Source: Minisyncoccota bacterium
GTDB lineage: Bacteria > Patescibacteriota > Minisyncoccia > Phycocordibacterales > Phycocordibacteraceae
DNA: 64,000 nucleotides
Reading direction: 5' to 3'
NCBI GenBank assembly: GCA_041660025.1
Contig: JBAZXD010000001.1
Location: 40,059-104,058, forward strand
Under the pieces are notes generated by a model. The model was not told where the DNA came from, made no database searches, and saw only the letters and a program-made list of their open reading frames with translations. A program made the position numbers and the translations under genes. Each line of letters begins with the position of its first letter. Position 1 is the first letter of the stretch. Below are positions 9,342-18,262 of this stretch, in pieces.

Positions 9342-9676
9342 GTAGTCTCTAGTTCCGGTTCCGTGACACCGAAGTGGCTTTTGAACGACCGTTCGATGAC
9401 CTCCCGTTCTTTGGGTTTGAGGTCATGGCGACCTTCGTAGTGCGTGTCTAAGAATTTCATAGCCATATCGATGTGGTGGCTTTTCATCCCTAATTTCAAA
9501 TCCTCCTTTTTTTCCACGTGAGCGATAGCGGCTTTCAGAGCTGCATCGACGCGCGCCCTGCCGTGTTCTTGTAGACCGGCTGCATTTTGCAGGTGAGTAA
9601 ATAGTTCGCGCGGTTGTCCTCGTTCAAGATGCTCGTGCGTAAGGTTGCCGTAGTTCATATAACCAGTATTGTACAC
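9338..9676 (-). CDS. hypothetical protein (112 aa)
   Basis: Complete ORF, His/Glu-rich, no family recognised. GC is visibly lower than the neighbouring genes. Its stop overlaps the helicase stop by 4 nt (convergent). Confidence 0.4.
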   Translation of the reverse strand: MYNTGYMNYGNLTHEHLERGQPRELFTHLQNAAGLQEHGRARVDAALKAAIAHVEKKEDLKLGMKSHHIDMAMKFLDTHYEGRHDLKPKEREVIERSFKSHFGVTEPELETT

Positions 9677-9678
9677 CT

Positions 9679-10428
9679 ATGCGCGCTAAGAAAAGTCTCG
9701 GGCAGAATTTCCTGATGCACGCGCGCATCGCGGAGCGTATTGCGCTCGCCGCTCATCTCGCGCCGAGCACGGTCGTGTTCGAGATCGGCCCCGGGACCGG
9801 CATGCTCACGCGGGAACTCCTGAAACTGGCAGGGAAAGTAGTTGCGCTTGAAGCGGACTATGAACTCATCGAGAAATTACGAATTGATTTTTCGGATGAG
9901 ATCGCGAATGGCCGGCTCGAACTCATCCACGGTGACATACGCACATTCAACATCTCTTCGCTCCCGAAGGGATATGCGCTCGTCGCGAATATTCCGTACT
10001 ATCTGACGGGCGAGATTTTCCGGATGTTCCTTGCGGCGCCGAACCAGCCGAGCTCGATGACGCTTTTGGTACAGAAAGAGGTTGCGGCGCGTATCGCGCG
10101 TGCGAAGAAAGAGAGCATTCTTTCGCTCTCGGTAAAGGCGTACGGCACCCCGGCATATGAGTTCACGGTCCCGCGCGGGGCGTTTTGCCCCGCGCCCAAG
10201 GTCGATTCCGCCGTGCTCGCCGTCCGCGACATTTCGCGGAAGGATTTTCCCTCACCAGAGGAAGAAGAGCGATTTTTCGCGCTTCTGCACGCGGGGTTCG
10301 CACACAAACGTAAATTCGTGCGAAAAAATCTGGCCGATGCCGGACTGCCTGCGGGAACTATTCCTGAAAAAGCTCGCGCCGAAGACCTGCCGCTCTCGGT
10401 ATGGCTCGCCCTAAGCAGGGTCGAATGA
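9679..10428 (+). CDS. rsmA: 16S rRNA (adenine1518/1519-N6)-dimethyltransferase
   Basis: LGQNFL, SAM motif VFEIGPGTGMLT, VANIPYYLTGEIF. Confidence 0.85.
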   Translation: MRAKKSLGQNFLMHARIAERIALAAHLAPSTVVFEIGPGTGMLTRELLKLAGKVVALEADYELIEKLRIDFSDEIANGRLELIHGDIRTFNISSLPKGYALVANIPYYLTGEIFRMFLAAPNQPSSMTLLVQKEVAARIARAKKESILSLSVKAYGTPAYEFTVPRGAFCPAPKVDSAVLAVRDISRKDFPSPEEEERFFALLHAGFAHKRKFVRKNLADAGLPAGTIPEKARAEDLPLSVWLALSRVE

Positions 10429-10433
10429 TACGA

Positions 10434-11408
10434 CTATACCGGAGAAGAGCCGACCACCGGTGTGATCAGACCCTCTGAGTAGATGTAGTACGGTCCGATC
10501 CAGCATGCGCCGGGACCGGGAGTGTATTCTCCAAGAAGCCAGCTCGTCGCCGGTATATTGTACGAGAGAAATGCCTGGGATCCCGACATATAAGAGACAA
10601 GGGTTACAAAAGTAGGAGGAAGCGGTGAGAGCATAATGTTCCAGACACCGCCATTGCAGGGGAGAGGGAACAGAAGCGCACCGCCGAAGGGAACGCCGGT
10701 CCCGGCGCGTGCACGACCGGGCATAAAGACGGTATCAAACGCGCGTTCTACCATCGCCAAAGTTCTACCGATAAGAGAGGTATCCTGCACTGCTTGGTTG
10801 GGTGTGTCTTGAACCATTTTCAGAAAAGTGGCGTGCAGGTCGGTCGTGGTAGCAATCACTTTCATAACCTGTTCCTTCACTGCGGCGATCTCAGTGGCAG
10901 AGGCTCCCTGCTTTGTCGCGACGCTGTCGAGAGCGGCTAAGAATTTGTCGACATTCTTCAGATTCGGATTTTGAGAAGCCATTGCCGGAGCGGGAGTCTC
11001 GGCGGGTACAGTCTGCGTATCGACACGTGGAGCGCTTGTTTGCGACAAGGTAGAAATCGTATTGAGTTTCGCTCTCGTATACAGTCCTACATAGCCATTA
11101 CCCTGGGATAGGCCGGCGGGTGTCAAGACTTCGCTTGCGTACTTCGCTTGGAACCGTACAACGGCTCTTTTCGTGAGCGCTCCAAAGTAGCTCGTTTCAT
11201 TTCCCGGAGAACCTGAACCGGTGCTCGCAATGCGCGTATCCGGGTCGCGGTTCAGGATACGCTGAAGCGCGATAACCTGCGGGCCCGAAGAACCGAGCGA
11301 GAGATTATTCATAAACGCATTCGGGGCGCCCGCCTGTGCGTTCGCGAATGTTCCGTACGGGAACACGATACTAAAAGCCGCGATGAGAGAGAGAAACGAA
11401 GCTCGCAT
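10434..11408 (-). CDS. secreted protein with putative peptidoglycan-binding (PG_binding_1-like) domain
   Basis: Signal peptide (MRASFLSLIAAFSIVFPYGTFANAQA). GPQVIALQRILNRDP...YFGALTKRAVVRFQAKY resembles PF01471. The C-terminal half is unassigned. Confidence 0.55.
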   Translation of the reverse strand: MRASFLSLIAAFSIVFPYGTFANAQAGAPNAFMNNLSLGSSGPQVIALQRILNRDPDTRIASTGSGSPGNETSYFGALTKRAVVRFQAKYASEVLTPAGLSQGNGYVGLYTRAKLNTISTLSQTSAPRVDTQTVPAETPAPAMASQNPNLKNVDKFLAALDSVATKQGASATEIAAVKEQVMKVIATTTDLHATFLKMVQDTPNQAVQDTSLIGRTLAMVERAFDTVFMPGRARAGTGVPFGGALLFPLPCNGGVWNIMLSPLPPTFVTLVSYMSGSQAFLSYNIPATSWLLGEYTPGPGACWIGPYYIYSEGLITPVVGSSPV

Positions 11409-11476
11409 AAATAAAAGGATAGCACGCGATAAGAACCCGCGAGTTTATGCACTTAGGTCTCTAGGGTAATCGGTTC

Positions 11477-12535
11477 GTGCTGGGTATACTTCATATGCAT
11501 ACTATGGGCAGAATTCTCGAAAACTGGCGGGTTCTTATCGCGGCTCTCCTTGCAATGGGGCTTATCGTTGGTTCGTTTATGCTCGCGCGCGGCATCGAAT
11601 CGCCCAGGAGCGCGCAAGCGTCGGCCGAGACCGCGCTCCTCCAAGCGATCGCATCGAAGGATACGGACGGCGACGGACTTCCCGACTGGGAAGAAGCGCT
11701 CTACGGGACATCGTCGAGCACCGCCGATACATTCAAGCTCGGTATGACCGACGGCGAGGCGGTCGCGCGCGGTCTTATCGTGCCGAAGGCGATTTCCGAC
11801 ATCGCAGTGAAGACTTCCGCTCCGGCAGATGCCGACGCGGACGGTCTTCCCCCGCCTGCCGCCGAGGGGACGCTCACTGCCGCATTCGCACAACACTTCT
11901 TCACTCTCTACCTCGCGGCGAAAGAGGCGAACGGCGGCGCGAATCTCTCTGAAAGCGGCATGGCGAGCATTGCGAACGAGGCCCTGAGCTCTCTCTCCTC
12001 CGCCATTACCGCCGCGCCCGACTTCAAAGCCGCAAAGGACCTAAAGGTCTCCGGTTCGGGCCCTGAAGCCCTTAAAGCGTTCGCGGCCGCGGCCGAAGCG
12101 GTGCTGCGGAAGAATACGACCAGCGCGACGAAGAATGAGGTTTTGTACTTAGAGGACGCGGTCCAAAAGAATGACGCTAGGGCGTTGTCGTACATCGCCG
12201 GAATCGCGAAAGGGTATCGGGAGTCTGCCGTCGGCCTTTCTATGCTCGCCGTCCCGCAAGAGCTTGTCGCGGACGATCTCGCGCTCATTAATGCGATGGT
12301 CCGCATAAGCGAGATCATTACCGACTTCGCGCGCGTGAATGACGACCCGCTCGCGGCGATGCTCGCCCTCGGGCAATACCCGGCGGCCGTGCAGTCTCTC
12401 GGAGAGGCTTTTATACGCGTCGGCGCGCAATATAGAGACGCGGGTATCTCCCTCTCTGCGGGTACGCCCGGGGCGGCATTCGTGAATCTCATTAGCGACC
12501 TGGCACAAGAACAGGCTGCCGCAAAAAAGCCATGA
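11477..12535 (+). CDS. hypothetical N-terminally membrane-anchored protein (first gene of the envelope operon)
   Basis: TM anchor LIAALLAMGLIVGSFMLA. DTDGDGLPDWEE calcium-binding-like motif. Ala-rich extracytoplasmic domain. Stop overlaps the next start (ATGA at 12532). An alternative start is at 11504. Confidence 0.5.
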   Translation: MLGILHMHTMGRILENWRVLIAALLAMGLIVGSFMLARGIESPRSAQASAETALLQAIASKDTDGDGLPDWEEALYGTSSSTADTFKLGMTDGEAVARGLIVPKAISDIAVKTSAPADADADGLPPPAAEGTLTAAFAQHFFTLYLAAKEANGGANLSESGMASIANEALSSLSSAITAAPDFKAAKDLKVSGSGPEALKAFAAAAEAVLRKNTTSATKNEVLYLEDAVQKNDARALSYIAGIAKGYRESAVGLSMLAVPQELVADDLALINAMVRISEIITDFARVNDDPLAAMLALGQYPAAVQSLGEAFIRVGAQYRDAGISLSAGTPGAAFVNLISDLAQEQAAAKKP

Positions 12536-14262
12536 AATCGCGCTTCATTTCTCCACTGCTCTCGGCACTTCTCGTCGTATCGCTTCTTGCGCCATCGCTC
12601 TTCTTCGTAGCACCACAAGAAGTGCATGCCCAGTCTATAGGCGTTCCAACGGACGACTGGGTGGTTCGGATCAAGGAAACGCTCAACCTGGTATCGACCT
12701 ACACGAACACTGCCGCGAATGTCGCGATGCAGATCAACGCGTACGTGCTCCAGCCGCTCGCCTTCGCGCTCTCGGGGGATCTGCTGAAGATGATCACCGC
12801 CGGCGTCATCTCCTTCGTCATCGGCAAGGCGAACGGCACCGGCATCCCGCAGTTCGTAGTGGACGTGCAGAAATCGCTCCAGACGGTCGGTGACGCACGC
12901 GCTCTTACGTTCCTTGATCAGTTCGGGCGGAACTCCAATTCGCCCTTCGCCTCTTCAATAGCATCGTCCTTGCGCAACGATTACCTCTCCAAGACGAGTC
13001 TCGCCGGATTCTGGGCCGCCAATATGAATACGCTCGCGCGCTCGACGCCCTCGTATCGGCCGGGCTACCTCGCCGGGAACTGGTCGCAGGGCGGCGTGCG
13101 GGCGTGGTTCGCGCTCACGACACAGGTGCAGAACAACCCGTACACGTTCTATCAGAATTCGCAGGAACGGCTCGGCACTATGATTGGCCCCGGCATCGGC
13201 GGCGCCACCGGCGCGCGTGTCGCGGAGCTCAATTGGGGGCAGGGTTTCACCTCGTGGTGCGGAGCGACCGACACGGGGGGTAGTGACGGAACGGAGATGG
13301 AGTCTGAGGCAGGCGTGAATCCGGGAGACCCGTGTACTGACAAAGACGGGAACCCGGGCTCTATCAAGACGCCCGGCTCGGTCATCGTGGCGAGCCTTAA
13401 TAAGGCGCTCGGTAGTCAGACGGATTCGATACTTCGGATGGGGAATGTCGGCCCCGAGATCAATAACATCCTGAGGAACATCGGGACCGTTATGCAGACG
13501 GTGAACTTCGCGACGCAGATACTCGGCGGCTCGGGCTCGGGCGGCCTCTTCGGCGTGAATGCCACCTCTGGCACGAATCCGACTTCTCGGCTTATGCAGT
13601 ACCAGAACACGCCCGGGTACCTAGGCGTCACTCAGTCTTCGGTGTTACAGAACGCGGCGACGCTCCCGGTAGTGAGTTCTGATATGTCGGGCCGTCTCAC
13701 TCAATACGAATCGTCGTGGAGCACTATCAGCTCGGCGGCGAACGCCGCGTCGACGACCGTCGCGAGCCTCGCGAATTTCTGTATTGCAGAGCAGAAAGTC
13801 GCGCCGTCGGTATTCAACAATGATGAGGCAGGCTTAGCGGCTTTCTTAAGCGCGAGCACCGCCCAGGCGAATACCGCGCGTTCCGTGCTCACGACGACGA
13901 TCGCACCAGTGCTCGCTCAGGCTTCAGCTGCCGCCACAACAATTGCTACGGCGCGCGCGATGGTGCAAAGAGTCCAAAGCGGTCAGAATTCGACCTCTGG
14001 AACGGCGAGTGCCGCATATCTCGCCGATCTGCAGACGCTGCAAACTATGCCGCCCTCGGACGCGGACATCTCGAATGCTCTGCAAGATGCACAAATTGCC
14101 GGCGTGGCGACCGCTATTCCGGCAGGTTCCCTCACGGTCTCGGGCGGAACGATCGTCGGCAGGATGAGCCTGCTCAGCACGAATGCCGAGGCGCTCAAGG
14201 CTTCGGTCTGTACTCCCGTCGCGTCTGTGAGAGGAAACAACAACAGCGACAATGGCGATTAA
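12532..14262 (+). CDS. hypothetical secreted protein (576 aa)
   Basis: Cleavable-looking signal peptide (MKSRFISPLLSALLVVSLLAPSLFFVAPQEVHAQ). Ser/Thr/Gly/Asn-rich, no family recognised. Overlaps the next gene by 11 nt. Confidence 0.5.
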   Translation: MKSRFISPLLSALLVVSLLAPSLFFVAPQEVHAQSIGVPTDDWVVRIKETLNLVSTYTNTAANVAMQINAYVLQPLAFALSGDLLKMITAGVISFVIGKANGTGIPQFVVDVQKSLQTVGDARALTFLDQFGRNSNSPFASSIASSLRNDYLSKTSLAGFWAANMNTLARSTPSYRPGYLAGNWSQGGVRAWFALTTQVQNNPYTFYQNSQERLGTMIGPGIGGATGARVAELNWGQGFTSWCGATDTGGSDGTEMESEAGVNPGDPCTDKDGNPGSIKTPGSVIVASLNKALGSQTDSILRMGNVGPEINNILRNIGTVMQTVNFATQILGGSGSGGLFGVNATSGTNPTSRLMQYQNTPGYLGVTQSSVLQNAATLPVVSSDMSGRLTQYESSWSTISSAANAASTTVASLANFCIAEQKVAPSVFNNDEAGLAAFLSASTAQANTARSVLTTTIAPVLAQASAAATTIATARAMVQRVQSGQNSTSGTASAAYLADLQTLQTMPPSDADISNALQDAQIAGVATAIPAGSLTVSGGTIVGRMSLLSTNAEALKASVCTPVASVRGNNNSDNGD

Positions 14263-16300
14263 TATGCGGCGATTCCTCCTCACCTCCTTCGCAGTCCTCG
14301 CGCTCGTCGTGGGCGCGGCGCCCGCCACGCATGCTCAATACGACTCTTCTCAAAACATGGAGGCAGCGTTGGATCAGACAGCAGCCACGGCAGCAAATTC
14401 TGTCTCCGACCCTGCCGCCGCGAAGGCAGCGAACGACTACAAGCCGGAGAGCACCGACTCCGCCTACAACACCATCATGATTAAGATCATGACTCTCTTC
14501 GCGTGGCTCGTCGGTGTTGCGATGATCACTCTCAACTACGCGGCATACTACACCGTCGTCACGATGGGGACCTATGTGAACGATCTCTCCGCCATCGGCG
14601 TTACCTGGAGCATCCTCCGCGACATCGGCAACATATTTCTCATATTCGGCTTCCTCGCGATCGGCATCACCACTATCCTGAACGTTGACTGGTACGGCGG
14701 CGGCAAGAAGATGCTCCCGATGATGTTCGTCGCCGCCATATTCCTCAATTTCTCCCTCTTCATAACCGAGGCGGTCATCGACACGGGCAATCTCTTCGCG
14801 ACCCAGTTCTATACGCAGATAAACGACGGCAATCTCCCGACAGCGGCGACCTTGGTGGATGAAGGCATCTCGAGCAAGATAATGTCCCAGCTCGGACTCA
14901 CGACGATCTATGGTCAAGCTCAGAATAATGAAAGGGCGAAGGACATATTTAAAGGCGGTAATCCGTGGATCATCGGTTTTATGGGCATCATACTTTTCAT
15001 CATCCTGGCATTCGTGTTGTTCTCGCTCGCATTCGTACTCATTGCGCGTTTTGTCATTCTCATCTTCCTTATTATCCTCGCGCCCGTCGGCTTCGCGGGT
15101 CTCGCCGTGCCTCAGCTCGCGAGCGTCGCGAAGAAGTGGTGGGACAAACTCTTCGAGCAGACCATCACCGCGCCGGTCCTGCTCCTGATGCTCTACATCG
15201 CGCTTACCATCATTACCGATGTGCGATTTCTTACCGGTTTTGGTTCCGATCAGGGCGCGGATTGGCTCGGGACCATACGAGGCGACATAGCCGGATTCGC
15301 ACCGGTCCTGCTCTCCTTCCTCGTCGCGATGGGGCTCCTCCTCGCGGTCGTCATTTTCGCCAAAAATCTCTCCGCCTTCGGCGCTTCTGGAGCGACAAAA
15401 CTTGCAAGTAAGCTTTCTGGAGTGTCTGTCGCCGCAGCCGCGCCTGGATGGGTCGGGCGCAATACATTTGGCTTGGCTGGCAATTATGCCGCGAAAAAAT
15501 TGCGTGACACTGGGTTTGGCCGCTCATTTGTCGGTCGAGGCATTGCTGGGACGCTTGAGAAACGAGTGGCGGGTGCAAGTTTTGATATTCGCAATACAGA
15601 CTTTGGCAAATCGGCATCCAAAGTCGGTCTCAATCTTGGTAAAGGTCAGACGGGTGGCTACAAGGCGGATCTTGAGGCTCGCGTAAAATCTTATGAAGCG
15701 GCATCGGCTGGGATCACTGGCGGCGCGAAGGAGAAAGAAGAAAAGCAGGCGGCTAGGCAGGCTAAAGCAACTATAGATGCGACACGCGAGGCACGCGATA
15801 AGGCAGAGGCTGAACATAGGCGTATTGAGCCTGCTCTGGCACAAGAAAATGCAAGACAAAAAGCAGAAGTTGAGCGGCTTGAGAAAGAAAAAGAACGCTT
15901 CGGGGCCGGGACTTTTGCTGCAAATGAGATCGACAAAAAACTCATTCCGGCCCGCGAAAGTCTTGTCAAGAGTAATGAGGCACTTAAGGCCGCAAATGAT
16001 AAGTTAACTGATGCTAAAACCGCTCTTGCAACCGCAATGAATGATGAGGCCGCAGCAAGAAAGAATGTTGGGACAGCTAAGAAAGAAGCTCAAAGCGAGT
16101 ATGCCGATAGACTTGAGAGTATATGGGGCAGAATCCCTCTCGCCGGCACCGCAGCTACAGCCGCGGCGCCAAGAGTTCGTAGCAATATCGGTAAAACAGC
16201 GGACCAGCGTGCAATAGAAGGACTCCTCAAGGAAATAAAAGACAAGGCGGGAGCGAGCGGCGGAGGAGAGAAGAAGGAGGAGAAAGAAGAGGCGAAATAA
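14252..16300 (+). CDS. polytopic membrane protein with VirB6/TrbL-like topology and long C-terminal coiled-coil
   Basis: Signal peptide, about 7 hydrophobic helices between aa ~75 and 380 (e.g. WIIGFMGIILFIILAFVLFSLAFVLIARFVILIFLIILAPVGFAGLAV), then a Gly-rich linker and a K/E/A-rich coiled-coil tail. The topology resembles TrbL/VirB6 proteins; the family assignment is an inference. Confidence 0.5.
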   Translation: MAINMRRFLLTSFAVLALVVGAAPATHAQYDSSQNMEAALDQTAATAANSVSDPAAAKAANDYKPESTDSAYNTIMIKIMTLFAWLVGVAMITLNYAAYYTVVTMGTYVNDLSAIGVTWSILRDIGNIFLIFGFLAIGITTILNVDWYGGGKKMLPMMFVAAIFLNFSLFITEAVIDTGNLFATQFYTQINDGNLPTAATLVDEGISSKIMSQLGLTTIYGQAQNNERAKDIFKGGNPWIIGFMGIILFIILAFVLFSLAFVLIARFVILIFLIILAPVGFAGLAVPQLASVAKKWWDKLFEQTITAPVLLLMLYIALTIITDVRFLTGFGSDQGADWLGTIRGDIAGFAPVLLSFLVAMGLLLAVVIFAKNLSAFGASGATKLASKLSGVSVAAAAPGWVGRNTFGLAGNYAAKKLRDTGFGRSFVGRGIAGTLEKRVAGASFDIRNTDFGKSASKVGLNLGKGQTGGYKADLEARVKSYEAASAGITGGAKEKEEKQAARQAKATIDATREARDKAEAEHRRIEPALAQENARQKAEVERLEKEKERFGAGTFAANEIDKKLIPARESLVKSNEALKAANDKLTDAKTALATAMNDEAAARKNVGTAKKEAQSEYADRLESIWGRIPLAGTAATAAAPRVRSNIGKTADQRAIEGLLKEIKDKAGASGGGEKKEEKEEAK

Positions 16301-16307
16301 TTGCAAT

Positions 16308-17177
16308 ATGGACACAAATCAAGAACCAACATTTGATCAAGATTTATCAACAATAGTCTCGCAATTGCCGCCGCCTATAAAGACGTTTTTCGTGAGTGGG
16401 AAAGTGGAGATTATTGCGAAGAATTTGATGCAGAAAAATCAGCTTCATATTGATCAGGGTGCGATCGTGGAACGTGAGATCATTTTACTCCTGCTCGGAC
16501 TTAAAACCCCTACTGAGTTTACTCAGGCGCTTGCGGAGGAAGCGCGTCTTGACCCGCAGGTCACGAGCGGCATCGTGCAGGATATAAATGCGCAGATATT
16601 TATGCCATTGCGGGAGGAGATGCGGAAGGGAATGTCTGGTGCGGCAGAGCCGGCGAAGACTGTGGCGCCGAAGGCTGCGCAACCCGCGAGCCATTTCCAT
16701 CTGGAGAACAAGTTGCCCGCCCGCTCCGCTCCGCCAGTGCCTCCTCGTCCCGCCTCCAACATCGCGCCTCTACCGCCGAAGACGGTGTTGCCTCGCAGTG
16801 GGGGTCTGCCTGCCACACGACTGCCAGTGTTGAAGCCGATAGACACGAGTCGACTGCTCGAAGATCATGAGGAGCCGCACATTGAGTTTCCTGCATTGCC
16901 TACACCTATAAGCATGACAAAGGCGCCGCGACCTCTGCAAAGAGCCGCAGAAACCCCGCTCCAACAGGCCCTGCGAACCGTTCTGCCTCGCCCCGCCGGA
17001 GTTTCTAACGCAGGAAGTCCGCCACCGAATCTCCCAGGAGCTCTCTCGCCGCGCATTCCTCCCAAGGTCGAACCCTCCATTTCACAGACCCAACCGAAAC
17101 CTGCCCAGCCGGTTGTTCCTCCCCCCGCTCCCGCCAGGCCGTATTCCTCCGACCCCTACCGCGAGCCGATCGAGTGA
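16308..17177 (+). CDS. hypothetical protein with proline-rich C-terminal half
   Basis: Starts 8 nt after the previous stop. C-terminal PPVPPRPASNIAPLPPKTVLPRSGGLP...PKPAQPVVPPPAPARP low complexity. Confidence 0.45.
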   Translation: MDTNQEPTFDQDLSTIVSQLPPPIKTFFVSGKVEIIAKNLMQKNQLHIDQGAIVEREIILLLLGLKTPTEFTQALAEEARLDPQVTSGIVQDINAQIFMPLREEMRKGMSGAAEPAKTVAPKAAQPASHFHLENKLPARSAPPVPPRPASNIAPLPPKTVLPRSGGLPATRLPVLKPIDTSRLLEDHEEPHIEFPALPTPISMTKAPRPLQRAAETPLQQALRTVLPRPAGVSNAGSPPPNLPGALSPRIPPKVEPSISQTQPKPAQPVVPPPAPARPYSSDPYREPIE

Positions 17178-17229
17178 GTTTCGTTGCGTTAGTTGCGTTC
17201 TTGCCTACTATTATATATAGTACTTCTGT

Positions 17230-17249
17230 CCCGCGAACGCGGGTTTTCT
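17230..17249 (+). terminator. hairpin plus T-tract ending the envelope operon, 7 nt upstream of rpsL
   Basis: cccgc-gaac-gcggg followed by ttttct. Confidence 0.4.
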
Positions 17250-17255
17250 AAATAA

Positions 17256-17669
17256 ATGGCCACCATCAATCAGCTGTCCAAGAAGGGACGCAAGAACAAA
17301 TCGCGCAAGACGAGCGTGCTCGCTCTTGCGCGTGGTTTTAATGCACTCAAGAACCGTCCGACTTTCTATCCTTCTCCCTTCAAACGAGGTGTGTGTACTA
17401 AAGTGACCACCAAGACCCCGCGTAAGCCGAACTCCGCCATCCGTAAGATCGCCCGCGTTCGCCTCACGAACGGGATGGAGGTAACGGCCTACATCCCAGG
17501 CGAAGGGCACAACCTCCAGGAACACTCGGTCGTCATGCTCCGTGGTGGTCGCGTGAAGGACATCGGCGTCCAGTACACCATCGTGCGTGGCAAGCTCGAC
17601 ACCGCCGGCCTCGAGAAGCGCCGCACCGCCCGCTCGCGCTACGGCGCGAAGCGCCCGTCCGCTAAATAA
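17256..17669 (+). CDS. rpsL: 30S ribosomal protein S12
   Basis: [12 protein letters not shown]...[45 protein letters not shown]. Carries an internal insertion compared with the canonical ~124-aa protein. Confidence 0.9.
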   Translation: MATINQLSKKGRKNKSRKTSVLALARGFNALKNRPTFYPSPFKRGVCTKVTTKTPRKPNSAIRKIARVRLTNGMEVTAYIPGEGHNLQEHSVVMLRGGRVKDIGVQYTIVRGKLDTAGLEKRRTARSRYGAKRPSAK

Positions 17670-17671
17670 GT

Positions 17672-18136
17672 ATGCGCCGACCCCTGAAAAAGAAGCGCAC
17701 CTGGCGTCCGGACCTCAAATACGGTTCGGAGACTCTCACTCGCTTCATCAATGCGGTTATGTGGGACGGTAAGAAGGATACGGCGCGCACCGTCGTCTAT
17801 GACGCCCTCGCCGTTATCGAGAAAGGAGGGGAGAACCCGCTCGAGACATTCGAAGCGGCGCTTCGCAACGTGTCGCCTTTGATGGAGGTCCGCTCCCGCC
17901 GCGTCGGCGGTGCGAACTACCAGGTGCCGCGCGAGGTGCCGCAGACGCGCCGTCTCGCACTCTCGTTCCGCTGGCTCATCACCGCAGCGCGCAACAAGAA
18001 GGGTAAGCCGATGGCGGAGAAGCTCGCCGCCGAGCTCCTCTTGGCCTCTAAGAACGAGGGTGACGCTATCAAGAAGAAGGACGAGATGCACCGTATGGCG
18101 GATGCCAACAAGGCCTTCGCCCATTTCGCCTGGTAA
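17672..18136 (+). CDS. rpsG: 30S ribosomal protein S7
   Basis: FINAVMWDGKKDTARTVVYDAL...RRVGGANYQVP...LAAELLLASKNEGDAIKKKDEMHRMADANKAFAHF. Confidence 0.9.
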   Translation: MRRPLKKKRTWRPDLKYGSETLTRFINAVMWDGKKDTARTVVYDALAVIEKGGENPLETFEAALRNVSPLMEVRSRRVGGANYQVPREVPQTRRLALSFRWLITAARNKKGKPMAEKLAAELLLASKNEGDAIKKKDEMHRMADANKAFAHFAW

Positions 18137-18223
18137 GCTTTGAAGACAAAGCTTTCTCCCTACGCTCGCCTCGGACAAATATATGCAGACATACATTTGT
18201 CACTCGGCTCGCTTGGTAGTAAT
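18137..18223 (+). repeat. structured intergenic element, copy A (between rpsG and fusA)
   Basis: gctttg-aaga-caaagc hairpin, then conserved block ctacgctcgcctcgg, variable hairpin acaaat...atttgt, then conserved block cactcggctcgcttggtagtaa. Weak hairpin and T-run follow (18231..18255). See findings. Confidence 0.5.
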
Positions 18224-18262
18224 CTATTAGTGCGCCACGGCGCTTTTATTTTTATTTAATTT

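Noticed and set aside
17202-17228. possible promoter TTGCCT...TATATA upstream of rpsL
   Set aside because: Spacing between candidate -35 and -10 boxes does not fit a sigma70 promoter, and a hairpin lies between it and the start; left uncalled.
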